In this document: positions 1-9,747 of the stretch, one piece after another
How the letters are laid out: each line of letters starts with the position of its first letter
Numbering within the stretch: position 1 is the stretch's first letter
Translations under genes and position numbers: made by a program
The notes under the pieces: model-generated
Told to the model about the DNA's origin: nothing
What the model saw: the letters and a program-made list of their open reading frames with translations, nothing else
Database searches by the model: none
NCBI GenBank assembly: GCA_965279035.1
Contig: OZ257142.1
Location: 2,560,001 to 2,624,000 of the forward strand
Direction of reading: 5' to 3'
Length of the DNA stretch: 64,000 bases
Origin: Bacteroidia bacterium
GTDB lineage: Bacteria; Bacteroidota; Bacteroidia; M30B66

Positions 1-16
1 TGATGTACTTTGCAAC

Positions 17-247
17 ATGGAGATTCAATGGATAGTAATAGCAAGTGATACCAATCTTTCCAGTCTTTACTTATTGCAAAATTTGTTAAGTCTGCATTCG
101 ATCCCAACCCAGATTTTGAATAAAATGGATTCAGTTTATCCAAGTATTGGTGAAGCTGAATTATACATCGATTCTGCTTATAGAATAAAGGCTCTGCAGC
201 TAATACACGATTCGAAAAGTGAGTCCGATAATGATGAACATGAATAA
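17..247 (+). CDS. DUF2007-like small putative signal-transducing protein
   Basis: 76 aa; pattern L...L...I...ILNKMDS.YP..GE.ELYI resembles Bacteroidota DUF2007; lies directly upstream of cdsA. Confidence 0.7.
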   Translation: MEIQWIVIASDTNLSSLYLLQNLLSLHSIPTQILNKMDSVYPSIGEAELYIDSAYRIKALQLIHDSKSESDNDEHE

Positions 248-260
248 TTTCTGACCAATA

Positions 261-1100
261 ATGGCATTATCTAACCTTCAAAACCGAGTAATAACTGGAA
301 TCATCTTCGGAATTACTTTAATTGGTGGAATATTATTTTCAAAATATGCATTCATTACCATAGCATTATTCATTTTAATCGTTGCTTGCTTTGAATTGAA
401 CCGAATTCTTCGTGCATTATCTATACATCCTAATCAACTATTTTTATACGCAGCAAATGGTTTGTCCTTTATTGCATGTATTTATTTCTCAACTACTTCT
501 TTTGCATTAAGTGATATTAATCAAAGTACTTTTATTTTTTTGACTCTGTTTCTTGTTTTAATATTCTGCCTATTTACATTCGAGTTATTCCGAAATATTC
601 CAAAACCCTTTGAAAATATTAGTAGTTCAATTTCAAGTATATTTTATTTAGGCATTCCTTGTGGCTTACTCGTTTCAAGTTCTATCAACAAAACAGGTGA
701 TTATTCTCCCTGGAATGTATTATTCCTGTTTTTCTTTATGTGGGCATCCGATACAGGCGCCTACTTTTCAGGAAGAGCTTTTGGTAAAAACAAATTATTT
801 GAACGGCTTTCTCCCAAAAAAACAATAGAGGGATTTATAGGTGGAATTGTCACTTCGATGCTCGTTGGTATTGCAGCTTTTTATTGTATTGGAGAGGCTC
901 CACTTTTAACTTGGATTTTAATTGGTGGTGTTCTTTCGGTGACTGGAACACTAGGTGATTTATTTGAATCGATGCTTAAAAGACAAGCAGGAATAAAAGA
1001 TTCTGGTAATATTTTACCCGGACATGGAGGCATTTTAGATCGCTTCGATTCCACTTTTTTAAGTGCTCCGATATATTGGATTATACTTCATTTGATATAG
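261..1100 (+). CDS. cdsA: Phosphatidate cytidylyltransferase
   Basis: Multi-TM; motifs WASDTGAYFSG, SPKKTIEG, GDLFESMLKR..GIKDSG.ILPGHGGILDRFDS. Confidence 0.97.
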   Translation: MALSNLQNRVITGIIFGITLIGGILFSKYAFITIALFILIVACFELNRILRALSIHPNQLFLYAANGLSFIACIYFSTTSFALSDINQSTFIFLTLFLVLIFCLFTFELFRNIPKPFENISSSISSIFYLGIPCGLLVSSSINKTGDYSPWNVLFLFFFMWASDTGAYFSGRAFGKNKLFERLSPKKTIEGFIGGIVTSMLVGIAAFYCIGEAPLLTWILIGGVLSVTGTLGDLFESMLKRQAGIKDSGNILPGHGGILDRFDSTFLSAPIYWIILHLI

Positions 1101-1170
1101 CTTTTATTGCCTGAAATCTTTATTTAACAAGGATTTCAACTTTATTTAGCTTTATATGAAGAATTAAAAA

Positions 1171-1218
1171 ATACACCAAAAGGAGTATATGAACTGTCAT
1201 CCTCAATAACTACTTTTC
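1171..1218 (+). promoter_or_regulatory. 7-4-7 inverted repeat plus -7-like element (putative sRNA promoter)
   Basis: ATACACC-AAAA-GGAGTAT at 1171-1188; TACTTTTC at 1211-1218, with TTTC starting 26 nt after the box. Confidence 0.45.
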
Positions 1219-1221
1219 CTC

Positions 1222-1310
1222 GGTGTAATTTGCCGTCTTGTTACACAGGGTGGTTTGTGATCCCAATATTTATAGTGGCATTCGGTCCGGATTTTCCGGA
1301 CCGTTTTTTT
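1222..1310 (+). ncRNA. Candidate ~90-nt small RNA
   Basis: GC-richer non-coding patch; hairpin GTGTAA/TTACAC, motif TGGTTTGTGA, ends in a strong intrinsic terminator. Confidence 0.4.
1283..1310 (+). terminator. Intrinsic terminator
   Basis: CGGTCCGGA-ttt-TCCGGACCG perfect 9-bp stem followed by T7. Confidence 0.9.
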
Positions 1311-1326
1311 ATCCTATTATTTTAAC

Positions 1327-1356
1327 ATTTCATCCTTATTATTAGTTGCTTCATCG
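1327..1356 (+). promoter_or_regulatory. Putative LytTR binding site
   Basis: ATTTCATCC-N12-GCTTCATCG: imperfect 9-nt direct repeat with 12-nt spacer, upstream of an operon encoding a LytTR regulator. Confidence 0.6.
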
Positions 1357-1415
1357 GAATTAGTAAGTCAAAAAAAACGAATCAAAGGATTTTTGTCTTT
1401 CATTCTAATAAGCAT

Positions 1416-3824
1416 ATGAAAACAAACATTTCAAGATTTCCCCAAACACATTATTCGATAATTTTATTTTTCCTACCAATTTTCTTGTTTTTATTTTCTT
1501 CAAGAATTTCGGCTCAAGGACTCACACAAACAATTCGTGGAACGGTTAGCGATGCCGCATCACAGAGTCCTATTCCTGGTGCAATGGTCATATTAGTTGA
1601 TTCGAAACCGCTTGTTGGAGCATCAACCGATATCAATGGAAATTTCCGTTTAGAATCAATTCCAATTGGACGTCCCGTAATACAAATTAGTATGATGGGA
1701 TATCAACCCATTAAACTCAGCAACCTTGTACTTTCTTCTTCAAAAGAACTCATATTGAATATTAGCTTAGAATCAGCAGCTATACAAGGAAAAGAAGTGG
1801 AAATCGTTGCTAAAATCGATAAGGATAAACCATTAAATGAATTATCGAGCGTAAGTGCCAGAACCTTTTCTGTTGATGAAGCACAACGATATGCAGGTAG
1901 TTTCGGCGATCCTGCTCGATTAGCTACCAGTTTTGCTGGTGTAGTTGCTGGGAATGATCAACGTAACGACATTGTTGTTCGTGGAAATACGCCTCTTGGT
2001 GTCCTTTGGCGTTTAGAAGGAATCGACATTCCAAGCCCTAGTCACTATAGTGGAGCTGGTACAAGTGGTGGTGCTGTATCCATTTTAAATACTAACGTAT
2101 TAGCCAATAGTGATTTCTTATCTGGAGCTTATGCTGCCGAATATGGTAACGCAACCTCTGCGGCATTCGATGTTAAAATGCGAAAAGGCAATAATGAAAA
2201 ACACGAATTTACTGGTCAAATTGGATTCAATGGTTTTGAACTCGGTGCGGAAGGCCCCTTATCTAAAAACAAAAAATCATCTTTCCTTATTAATTATCGC
2301 TATTCTACACTAGGAGCATTTAATGCCGTAGGGATTGAATTTGTTAAAGGTGGAGTTCCAAAGTATCAAGATATAAGTATGAAACTTCACTTCCAACATC
2401 AAAATGGATATACCAGTTTATTTGGAATTGCAGGAACAAGCGACATTCATTTTGTTTCTGAAAAAGACAGCCTAATTTGGATAAAGGATCCTGCTAAACG
2501 TCAAGATCTAAAGAATGGATCTGATATGGCTGTTCTAGGTATAACACATGTTCACTTTTTAAGTAGTAAAACGAGTTTGCGTGGAACAGTGGCTGCAACA
2601 GGAAATCGTTTTCGCACATCGGTAGATTCGATATCTCCTTCATATAATTTCCTCGATAATTTTAGAAGCAAGATGACCGAAAGTAAAATAATCGGAACGC
2701 TTGTCTTGAATAATCGCATAAATTCTAAAACAACATTACGTTCAGGAATCATTATAAGTCACTTAATGTATAATAGCAATGTCAATCAATTTTCAGCAAC
2801 ATTAAACGCTCGTCAACAACTTATCGATTTTAAAGGAAATGGTGATCTCATACAGGGATATGCACAATGGCATTATAAAGCAGGATTACGTTGGACATTT
2901 GATTTGGGTTTGCATGCACTTCACTATTATGTAAATAATAAAAGTTCAATTGAACCAAGAGCCTCCATAAGTTTTCAAGCTACTGGAAATCAACGAATCA
3001 GTTTAGGATATGGAAATCATAGTCGTGTTTTACCCATTACTATTTATTTGAGAGAAACCCAATTAGCCGATGGTAGCACAATTCAAACGAATAAAAACTT
3101 GGATTTACTACGTTCGAATCATTTTGTTGTAGGATACGATTGGTTAATTCGTGAGCATTTGCGCTTAAAAGCTGAAATCTATTACCAGCAACAATACAAT
3201 GTTGGTATTCATGAAGGAAATTCATCCAGTTTATCGGTGTTAAATTATGGAGCTAATTTCGGGGATGTTATTGGGCCAGACAGCCTAGTTTCAAAAGGAA
3301 AAGGATTTAATAAAGGAATAGAAATAACACTCGAAAAATTCTTTCACAAAAATTACTATTTCTTAATGACAGCAAGCCTTTATGATAGTAAATATCAAGG
3401 TTCTGATGGTATCGAACGAAATACCGCATTCAATAATAAATATGCGTTCAATCTTTTAGCAGGAAAAGAAATTCCTCTTGGAAAGAACAAACAAAATGTC
3501 CTTGTACTAAGTTTTCGACAAGTAATTACAGGTGGAATGTGGACTACGCCAATAAATATAGAAGCCTCTCAACAAAAGGGATATGAAATTAGAAATGAAC
3601 AATTAGCCTACTCTGAACAATTGCCTGGTTATTTTAGAACAGATATACGTATAGGATTTCGAAGGAATAAAAAGAAAATTACTGAAGAGTATGGACTTGA
3701 TTTTCAAAATCTAACGAATCAGAAAAACATTTTTAGTCGATCATATAATAATTTGTCTAAAAAAATAGAGAACAACTATCAAGTAGGGATTTTTCCAATG
3801 TTGCTTTATAGAATTAATTTCTAA
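1416..3824 (+). CDS. TonB-dependent receptor with N-terminal carboxypeptidase-regulatory-like domain
   Basis: Signal peptide, QTIRGTV.D...PIPGA.V domain, plug (DPARLA..FAGV, IVVRG), beta-barrel ending YRINF. Confidence 0.93.
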   Translation: MKTNISRFPQTHYSIILFFLPIFLFLFSSRISAQGLTQTIRGTVSDAASQSPIPGAMVILVDSKPLVGASTDINGNFRLESIPIGRPVIQISMMGYQPIKLSNLVLSSSKELILNISLESAAIQGKEVEIVAKIDKDKPLNELSSVSARTFSVDEAQRYAGSFGDPARLATSFAGVVAGNDQRNDIVVRGNTPLGVLWRLEGIDIPSPSHYSGAGTSGGAVSILNTNVLANSDFLSGAYAAEYGNATSAAFDVKMRKGNNEKHEFTGQIGFNGFELGAEGPLSKNKKSSFLINYRYSTLGAFNAVGIEFVKGGVPKYQDISMKLHFQHQNGYTSLFGIAGTSDIHFVSEKDSLIWIKDPAKRQDLKNGSDMAVLGITHVHFLSSKTSLRGTVAATGNRFRTSVDSISPSYNFLDNFRSKMTESKIIGTLVLNNRINSKTTLRSGIIISHLMYNSNVNQFSATLNARQQLIDFKGNGDLIQGYAQWHYKAGLRWTFDLGLHALHYYVNNKSSIEPRASISFQATGNQRISLGYGNHSRVLPITIYLRETQLADGSTIQTNKNLDLLRSNHFVVGYDWLIREHLRLKAEIYYQQQYNVGIHEGNSSSLSVLNYGANFGDVIGPDSLVSKGKGFNKGIEITLEKFFHKNYYFLMTASLYDSKYQGSDGIERNTAFNNKYAFNLLAGKEIPLGKNKQNVLVLSFRQVITGGMWTTPINIEASQQKGYEIRNEQLAYSEQLPGYFRTDIRIGFRRNKKKITEEYGLDFQNLTNQKNIFSRSYNNLSKKIENNYQVGIFPMLLYRINF

Positions 3825-3838
3825 TCAATTATTTTGTG

Positions 3839-4510
3839 ATGAAAACACTTCATACATTTTTGTTAATTCTTCACGTTGCAGGAGGAATGACGGGACTCAT
3901 AACAGGTCTATTAAATATCAGTAATAAAAAAGGAAAACAATTCCATAGGCTCATAGGTAAAATATATGTTGGAGGAATGTTTACTGCCACATTGAGTGGT
4001 ACTGTTTTAGCTGCTTTCGGGGGAAATCATTTTCTGTTTTTAATCGGAATATTCAGTTTTTACCTAGCATTTTCGGGTTTACGTACAATTCAACATAAAA
4101 TGTTCAACGGTGTTATCCATTATGCTTTAATAGATAAACTAGTTGCAGGATTGACGGGGATTTTCGGTGCATTGATGATTGTAACTGGAATAATCCAACC
4201 CGATGGAATATCGAAAATGACTATTCCAATATTATTAGTTTTTGGTAGTATCAGTTTGATGTTTTCTCTTGGTGATTTATCACTATTTATGGGTATTAGG
4301 AAATTAAAGGATATTAAAAATCGTTGGTTTTTTAATCATATTGGTCGAATGATTGGATCCTATATTTCGGCGGTTACAGCATTCTTAGTTGTTAATTTAG
4401 ATAATTTACTTCCTCCATTAATTATTTGGTTGGGTCCTACAGTAATAGGTTCCATATTGATATCAGTATTTACAACATATTATAAACGTAAATTTGCTTC
4501 TGGTAAATAA
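3839..4510 (+). CDS. DUF2306-like membrane protein
   Basis: About 6 TM; conserved His motifs LHVAGG, KKG..FHRLIGKIY, HIGRMIGSYI..VTAF. Confidence 0.75.
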   Translation: MKTLHTFLLILHVAGGMTGLITGLLNISNKKGKQFHRLIGKIYVGGMFTATLSGTVLAAFGGNHFLFLIGIFSFYLAFSGLRTIQHKMFNGVIHYALIDKLVAGLTGIFGALMIVTGIIQPDGISKMTIPILLVFGSISLMFSLGDLSLFMGIRKLKDIKNRWFFNHIGRMIGSYISAVTAFLVVNLDNLLPPLIIWLGPTVIGSILISVFTTYYKRKFASGK

Positions 4511-4515
4511 TTTAT

Positions 4516-5580
4516 ATGTCTTCTGAATCGAAACATACAATCTTCTCTGGCAGTCGTATCGCGAATATCAAGGATATCCTACTCATGATTTTTGTAGGAG
4601 TTTTGGTTGTCAGTTACATGTTTGTTAAAAATGCAATTCAAGGAAATGAAGCTGAACAAGCACCTGATACTGTAGTTAATAATGCGCTTTTTTCAGTAAG
4701 CATTAGTATTATTTTATATGTAGTTTTTCGGGTGATGTTTCGATATCTGAATATCCATTATCCTTGGTTAAAGTCTATTGGCAAACGTATTTGGATTCAA
4801 TTGGCATTAGTTATCGGTTTATCTTCTTCGATAATGGCCTTATTTACTTGGGTATGGAATAATTTGTTTTTTGAAGGATGTTTTACATTGAGTTCATTCT
4901 TTAGTAATATTATTATTGCCGTAATTGTTTCACTATTAATTAATGCAATTTATGAAGCTGTTAATTTATTTCGTCAATTAAAAGATAGTCAAATTGAAAC
5001 GGAACAACTTAAACGTCAAAATATTGAATCGCATTTTGAGACATTGAAAAATCAAGTTGGACCACATTTTTTATTTAATAGCTTAAATACTTTGCTTGCA
5101 TTAATTGATGAAGATAAAAATCAAGCGAAAGAGTTTGTGAGCAAATTAGCCACGTATTATCGTTATGCATTGCAAGTGAATGAACGTGAAATGGTTGAAA
5201 TGTCTACAGAAATCGAACTAGTAAAGAGTTATGTTTTCTTGCTAGAATCTCGTTTTGGAAAAAACCTTCAAGTGAATTTCAATGTTTCTGATGAATATAA
5301 TAATTATAAAGTGGTTCCTCTCGCAATACAAATGTTGGTCGAGAATGCAGTTAAACACAATGTAATTTCTGAAGCTCACCCATTAATGATTGATATTTTT
5401 ATTCTGGATAATTATCTTGTTGTTAGAAATAACAAGAGAAAGAAAGATGCACTGGAACAAAGTAACCAAATAGGCTTAGGAAATATTAATAATCGATATT
5501 CAATTTTAACGGGTAAAAACATTCAAATTGAGAGTGAATTGGATTCAACATTCAGTGTAAAACTTCCACTGATTGATTAA
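4516..5580 (+). CDS. LytS/YehU-family sensor histidine kinase
   Basis: 4 TM, then LKNQVGPHFLFNSLN, LVENAVKHN, IGLGNI..RY. Confidence 0.95.
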   Translation: MSSESKHTIFSGSRIANIKDILLMIFVGVLVVSYMFVKNAIQGNEAEQAPDTVVNNALFSVSISIILYVVFRVMFRYLNIHYPWLKSIGKRIWIQLALVIGLSSSIMALFTWVWNNLFFEGCFTLSSFFSNIIIAVIVSLLINAIYEAVNLFRQLKDSQIETEQLKRQNIESHFETLKNQVGPHFLFNSLNTLLALIDEDKNQAKEFVSKLATYYRYALQVNEREMVEMSTEIELVKSYVFLLESRFGKNLQVNFNVSDEYNNYKVVPLAIQMLVENAVKHNVISEAHPLMIDIFILDNYLVVRNNKRKKDALEQSNQIGLGNINNRYSILTGKNIQIESELDSTFSVKLPLID

Positions 5581-5594
5581 TATACTGAATCGGT

Positions 5595-6347
5595 ATGAAA
5601 CGTATTTATATAATAGAAGACGAACCATTGGCAATGAGACGCTTGAGTCGTATGATTCAAGAAATACAACCATATTGGGAAATTGTTGGTCATGCAGATA
5701 GCATTGAAAGTGCTGTTTCATATTTAAAATCCAACAGTAAGCCTGATTTATTATTCATGGATATTCAATTAGCTGATGGAATAAGTTTTAGCATATTTGA
5801 ACAAATTGAGATTAACATACCAGTGATTTTTACAACTGCCTATGATGATTATACATTAAAAGCATTCAAAGTAAATAGTGTAGATTATTTATTAAAACCA
5901 ATTGACTCCATTGAATTGCAAGCTGCAATTTCAAAATTCAATTCAAGATCAATTGAACAAATCCCCAATATTGCAGCATTATTAAGTTCTTTTAATCAAG
6001 AAATAAAGTATCGAAGTCGTTTTTTATTGACTAAAGGCGATTCATTAATTCCAGTTAATACAAATGAAATAGCATGGATTATTGCTGAAGATAAACTAGT
6101 CTTTCTAATGCAAAAATCTGGTGTTAAATCGATTTTCCCTTATACATTAGATGATTTACAAACTCAATTAAATCCTCAAGATTTTTTTCGTATAAACCGA
6201 TCTGTATTGGCTCATCGAAACTGTATTCATAAGGCGGAATTACATTTTAACGGGAAAATTAAAATTCAACTCAATCCTTCATTAGAAACTGATTTATTTG
6301 TAAGTAGAGAAAAAGCTACAAATTTTAAAAATTGGTGGGGGGAATAA
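5595..6347 (+). CDS. LytTR-family response regulator
   Basis: REC domain (IIEDE, FMDIQL, FTTAY, LLKP) plus LytTR domain (FFRINRS, VSRE). Confidence 0.96.
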   Translation: MKRIYIIEDEPLAMRRLSRMIQEIQPYWEIVGHADSIESAVSYLKSNSKPDLLFMDIQLADGISFSIFEQIEINIPVIFTTAYDDYTLKAFKVNSVDYLLKPIDSIELQAAISKFNSRSIEQIPNIAALLSSFNQEIKYRSRFLLTKGDSLIPVNTNEIAWIIAEDKLVFLMQKSGVKSIFPYTLDDLQTQLNPQDFFRINRSVLAHRNCIHKAELHFNGKIKIQLNPSLETDLFVSREKATNFKNWWGE

Positions 6348-6382
6348 TTCTTTTTCTTGTAAATAAAGATTATATTTTATTA

Positions 6383-7060
6383 TCAATTATTTATTTTCAA
6401 ATAATCCAACAATCCATTTTTCATTACAAAAAGCACCAAACCTGTTTTTGATTTAATAGAGAATTTATTAAAAACTGAATCTCTATAACCATCCACAGTT
6501 CTACGATGAACTCCCATCATATACCCTATTTGCTCATAAGTATATTCTTCTTCATTGCAAACTAATAATAAAAACTCCTTTTCTCTTTTAGTTAGTTGAG
6601 ATAATAAATCCGATTGAGGGTTATTATTAATTAATGAATTTTCATTCCTCAAAGCATGGGCTAATAAGTCATTATGATAGTATCCACGAGTAAAAATATC
6701 ATTTAATGCTTCACCCAAAACGGTTGCAGTACAGTTTTTAGGTAAATAACCTCTTGCTCCAGACCGAAAAAGCTTAATATGTTTATTTTCATCATCATTC
6801 AATGTTAATATTAAAACAGGTATCGAATATCCTCTTGAATTCATCTCATCCAAAACCTGATCTCCATGCATTTCTGGCATCGATAAATCCATAATAATTA
6901 GATCGAAATCAACATTATTTTCAAGATATTTAAGCAAATCAGTTCCTAAATCAAACTCAACTGATATTTCATAAGGACCTATTTTTTCAATAAGCTCTCT
7001 TAAGCCATTTCGGACAACTACATGATCATCAACAAGAATGATTCTTTTCTTAGGCGTCAT
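6383..7060 (-). CDS. NarL/LuxR-family response regulator
   Basis: REC (LVDDH, MDLSMP) plus LuxR HTH (LTKREKEFL, RTVDGYR..VF.K). Confidence 0.95.
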   Translation of the reverse strand: MTPKKRIILVDDHVVVRNGLRELIEKIGPYEISVEFDLGTDLLKYLENNVDFDLIIMDLSMPEMHGDQVLDEMNSRGYSIPVLILTLNDDENKHIKLFRSGARGYLPKNCTATVLGEALNDIFTRGYYHNDLLAHALRNENSLINNNPQSDLLSQLTKREKEFLLLVCNEEEYTYEQIGYMMGVHRRTVDGYRDSVFNKFSIKSKTGLVLFVMKNGLLDYLKINN

Positions 7061-7844
7061 GATTCACAGTATTTTTAAGAGAAAGGGTTAGTTTAGTTCC
7101 TTTATCAATATTAGATTCAATATGAAGATTCATTTGTGCTAAACTAGCACGTTTAATCATATTATTTAAACCAGATGCCTTTTTAGAATAATTTACCTGG
7201 TCTAATTGAAAACCACATCCATCATCTTCTACTTGAACAAGATAGGTATCAAAATTAAATCGAATAGTAACTGTATTAGCCGCAGAATGCTTAATAGCAT
7301 TATTAATGATTTCTTGAAATATTCGAAATGCCATTAATTGTTGGTTTTTATCTATTTCTAATGAAGAATTGGATTCGCCAACATTAAATTGAATTGACTT
7401 TTTTGATATAATTTTCAATCGATCTACTTCTAATGCAATAGCCTCATACAAATCTAATTGTTGAACAAATTCAGAATTCAACGAACGACTGAGCATTCGA
7501 AGTTGTTCAGAAGCTTGAACAAGGTACTTTTCGATAGGAGTAAATACAGAAACCAAGCTTGGGTCATCTATCTTCTTATTTTCAATTAATAAACGCATAT
7601 AGGTTAATGTATGTCCTACGTTATCATGAATCTCTCTTGAAAAATAATTCATCAATTGCTCACGAACTTCTAATTCAGCATCTCTTAACTCTTTTTCATA
7701 AGCCAACTCTAACTTGGAAATTTGAATGTTCTGAGCTAGTCGTTGCTTATAAGAAACAATTACACTAAATACTACCCCACCAACAAGTAATAAAATGACT
7801 AAAGTAACTCCTAAAATACCTATATAAATTTCATTTGAACTCAT
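7050..7844 (-). CDS. HisKA_3 histidine kinase with a single TM and no sensor domain
   Basis: SREIHDNVGH H-box; FQEIINNAIKHS, DDGCGF, GLNNM..RA. Confidence 0.93.
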   Translation of the reverse strand: MSSNEIYIGILGVTLVILLLVGGVVFSVIVSYKQRLAQNIQISKLELAYEKELRDAELEVREQLMNYFSREIHDNVGHTLTYMRLLIENKKIDDPSLVSVFTPIEKYLVQASEQLRMLSRSLNSEFVQQLDLYEAIALEVDRLKIISKKSIQFNVGESNSSLEIDKNQQLMAFRIFQEIINNAIKHSAANTVTIRFNFDTYLVQVEDDGCGFQLDQVNYSKKASGLNNMIKRASLAQMNLHIESNIDKGTKLTLSLKNTVNHDA

Positions 7845-8488
7845 TGAGAAATGTATTTTTTATTAAATTTTAGCTCGTAAAAGATGATTATAAATGCAAC
7901 TGATATTAGAAAATAACGGATAATCACAATATTTCTATTTACAATATCGAATAATTCATCAGTCAATTGTAGGTTATTATGCAATAAATATTCTCGACAA
8001 ATAAATAGTGGGGTTACAGCACAAAAATATACAATATGAGCAATTGAAATCAAAATCATTGGGTTCTTAAAAATCGATTTCTCACCATTGGGTTCAATAA
8101 TTATAAACATATTGATTGAACCTATTAAAATGAACCCAATAATCAAAAGATATGTATTAAATACATATATGCTATTCCAATAAAATGAACATAATGCAAA
8201 AATTAAATAAAATAGCATTATTATATTCAGCCTATTATTCCAAGTTCTTTTCTTAAAATAAAGCATAGCACTGCCTCCTAATAGGAGAACCTCAAGAATC
8301 ATATATACATTGTAAATTTCATAATTTGATCCAGTCAATCTTCCATACCATTCAGCATAAAAATCAGTAAGTAAGCTCATTCCCAAATGAATAAAAATTA
8401 ATGAGTATTGTAATTTTATCTTTGGAAGAGAAAGGATTCCAATAGTAAGCCCTAAAAATTGAAATATATAATCTAGAAAAATCCTCAC
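7841..8488 (-). CDS. Hypothetical ~7-TM membrane protein, possible receptor for the adjacent kinase
   Basis: 215 aa with about 7 hydrophobic segments, N..IYN.Y...E motif; 4-nt overlap with the kinase gene. Confidence 0.8.
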   Translation of the reverse strand: MRIFLDYIFQFLGLTIGILSLPKIKLQYSLIFIHLGMSLLTDFYAEWYGRLTGSNYEIYNVYMILEVLLLGGSAMLYFKKRTWNNRLNIIMLFYLIFALCSFYWNSIYVFNTYLLIIGFILIGSINMFIIIEPNGEKSIFKNPMILISIAHIVYFCAVTPLFICREYLLHNNLQLTDELFDIVNRNIVIIRYFLISVAFIIIFYELKFNKKYISQ

Positions 8489-8508
8489 TTAAAATTATTT
8501 ATTAAAAG

Positions 8509-9414
8509 CTATTGAGAAACAGCCCCATTAATAACATTTATCTTTGAACATTTTGTTGGACAAAGCCTATTGAAATTTGCTGCTTTATTAATAAAATTTC
8601 CTTGTGTTGGATTACTCCCCGGCTTTACTACTTCTGAAGTCATTACTATGGAATGTCTGAAATCATCTGAATTAGATGTAAGAGAATGTGACATTGAATA
8701 GAAATAAATATCAGGATGGGCTGTCCCAATATTGTTATTGGCATACAATAAATCAATCAATTGAATTGGAAAAAATGATGATCTTGCATCACTATCTATC
8801 GAAAATGGTTTGAAATTCGTTTCTTTATTATGCTTAATATATATAGAATCTGTATAGCGATTAAATCGTGTGATAGCATCATTTAACTCACTATCATCAT
8901 TATTTATTTTAGTAAGATTACCTCCGACCAATGTATATATATCAAAAACATTGCTTCGTATTAATTCAATAATATTCCCAGAACTTTCTGACAAATCATA
9001 CTCTGTACTAACTTTTAAATCTTGGTAAGCATAAACGGGTACATAATATAATTTAATTTCATTGTTGCTCTCCAATGTATAGTAAATTTTCAAACCTTTA
9101 AAATATTTACCAGTATAATAAGGTCTCATAGCATCAGCCATCGATTTTATATCTTCATATGCTACTTGCTCAACTTGTGTTTTATCAAAAACAGTTGTAT
9201 TAGCTCCATATGCAAAATGATGTTTGAAGGTATCAATACCAGCTATTAAACTATCAAAATGAAATTCATGTACACTGAGATTCAAGGAAATTTCAGTTCC
9301 TGCTTGAATTTGATAGGATTCTTCCTTATCCAAAAAGGACGAATTAGAACTAATTAATTTTCCTGCAATCACAATCGCAAAAGCAACAGTCAATAACAAA
9401 ATTGGATTTTTCAT
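8509..9414 (-). CDS. Exported hypothetical protein with C-terminal CPxxC motif
   Basis: N-terminal signal/anchor MKNPILLLTVAFAIVIAG; ends AANFNRLCPTKC; ATG at 9414 preferred over TTG at 9420. Confidence 0.8.
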   Translation of the reverse strand: MKNPILLLTVAFAIVIAGKLISSNSSFLDKEESYQIQAGTEISLNLSVHEFHFDSLIAGIDTFKHHFAYGANTTVFDKTQVEQVAYEDIKSMADAMRPYYTGKYFKGLKIYYTLESNNEIKLYYVPVYAYQDLKVSTEYDLSESSGNIIELIRSNVFDIYTLVGGNLTKINNDDSELNDAITRFNRYTDSIYIKHNKETNFKPFSIDSDARSSFFPIQLIDLLYANNNIGTAHPDIYFYSMSHSLTSNSDDFRHSIVMTSEVVKPGSNPTQGNFINKAANFNRLCPTKCSKINVINGAVSQ

Positions 9415-9671
9415 TTTCAAATATAGTTGAATTCGTTGTTTAGAAAAGAATTTTAAGATTCACCAAATCTTGAAAAATGAATCGAATATAAATAGGGTTC
9501 TTTCATCAAATACATTACGTGTAAAACACCTGTATTCTTTATTAAATCTTTCTATCCCTCGTTATTAAGTAGCAAATGCATATCCTTAACATATAATCAT
9601 TCTATTTCTAATAATCTATCCACATCTAAAACATAAATCATCAATCTTCCATAATTTATATCAACTAAACG

Positions 9672-9696
9672 AAATACTTTTTCAAGAAAAGTATTT
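9672..9696. promoter_or_regulatory. Perfect inverted repeat, possible operator
   Basis: AAATACTTTT-tcaag-AAAAGTATTT, about 50 nt upstream of the ATG at 9748. Confidence 0.35.
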
Positions 9697-9747
9697 TTAC
9701 AATTGTCTTCAAATACTGTGTATTTTAGTCGAACTAACATCATCATT

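Noticed and set aside
1191-1283. 6S RNA-like fold (closing stem GAACTGTCAT/GTGGCATTC)
   Set aside because: Short, weakly paired and not in the usual zapA-rny context; the promoter-plus-sRNA reading fits better
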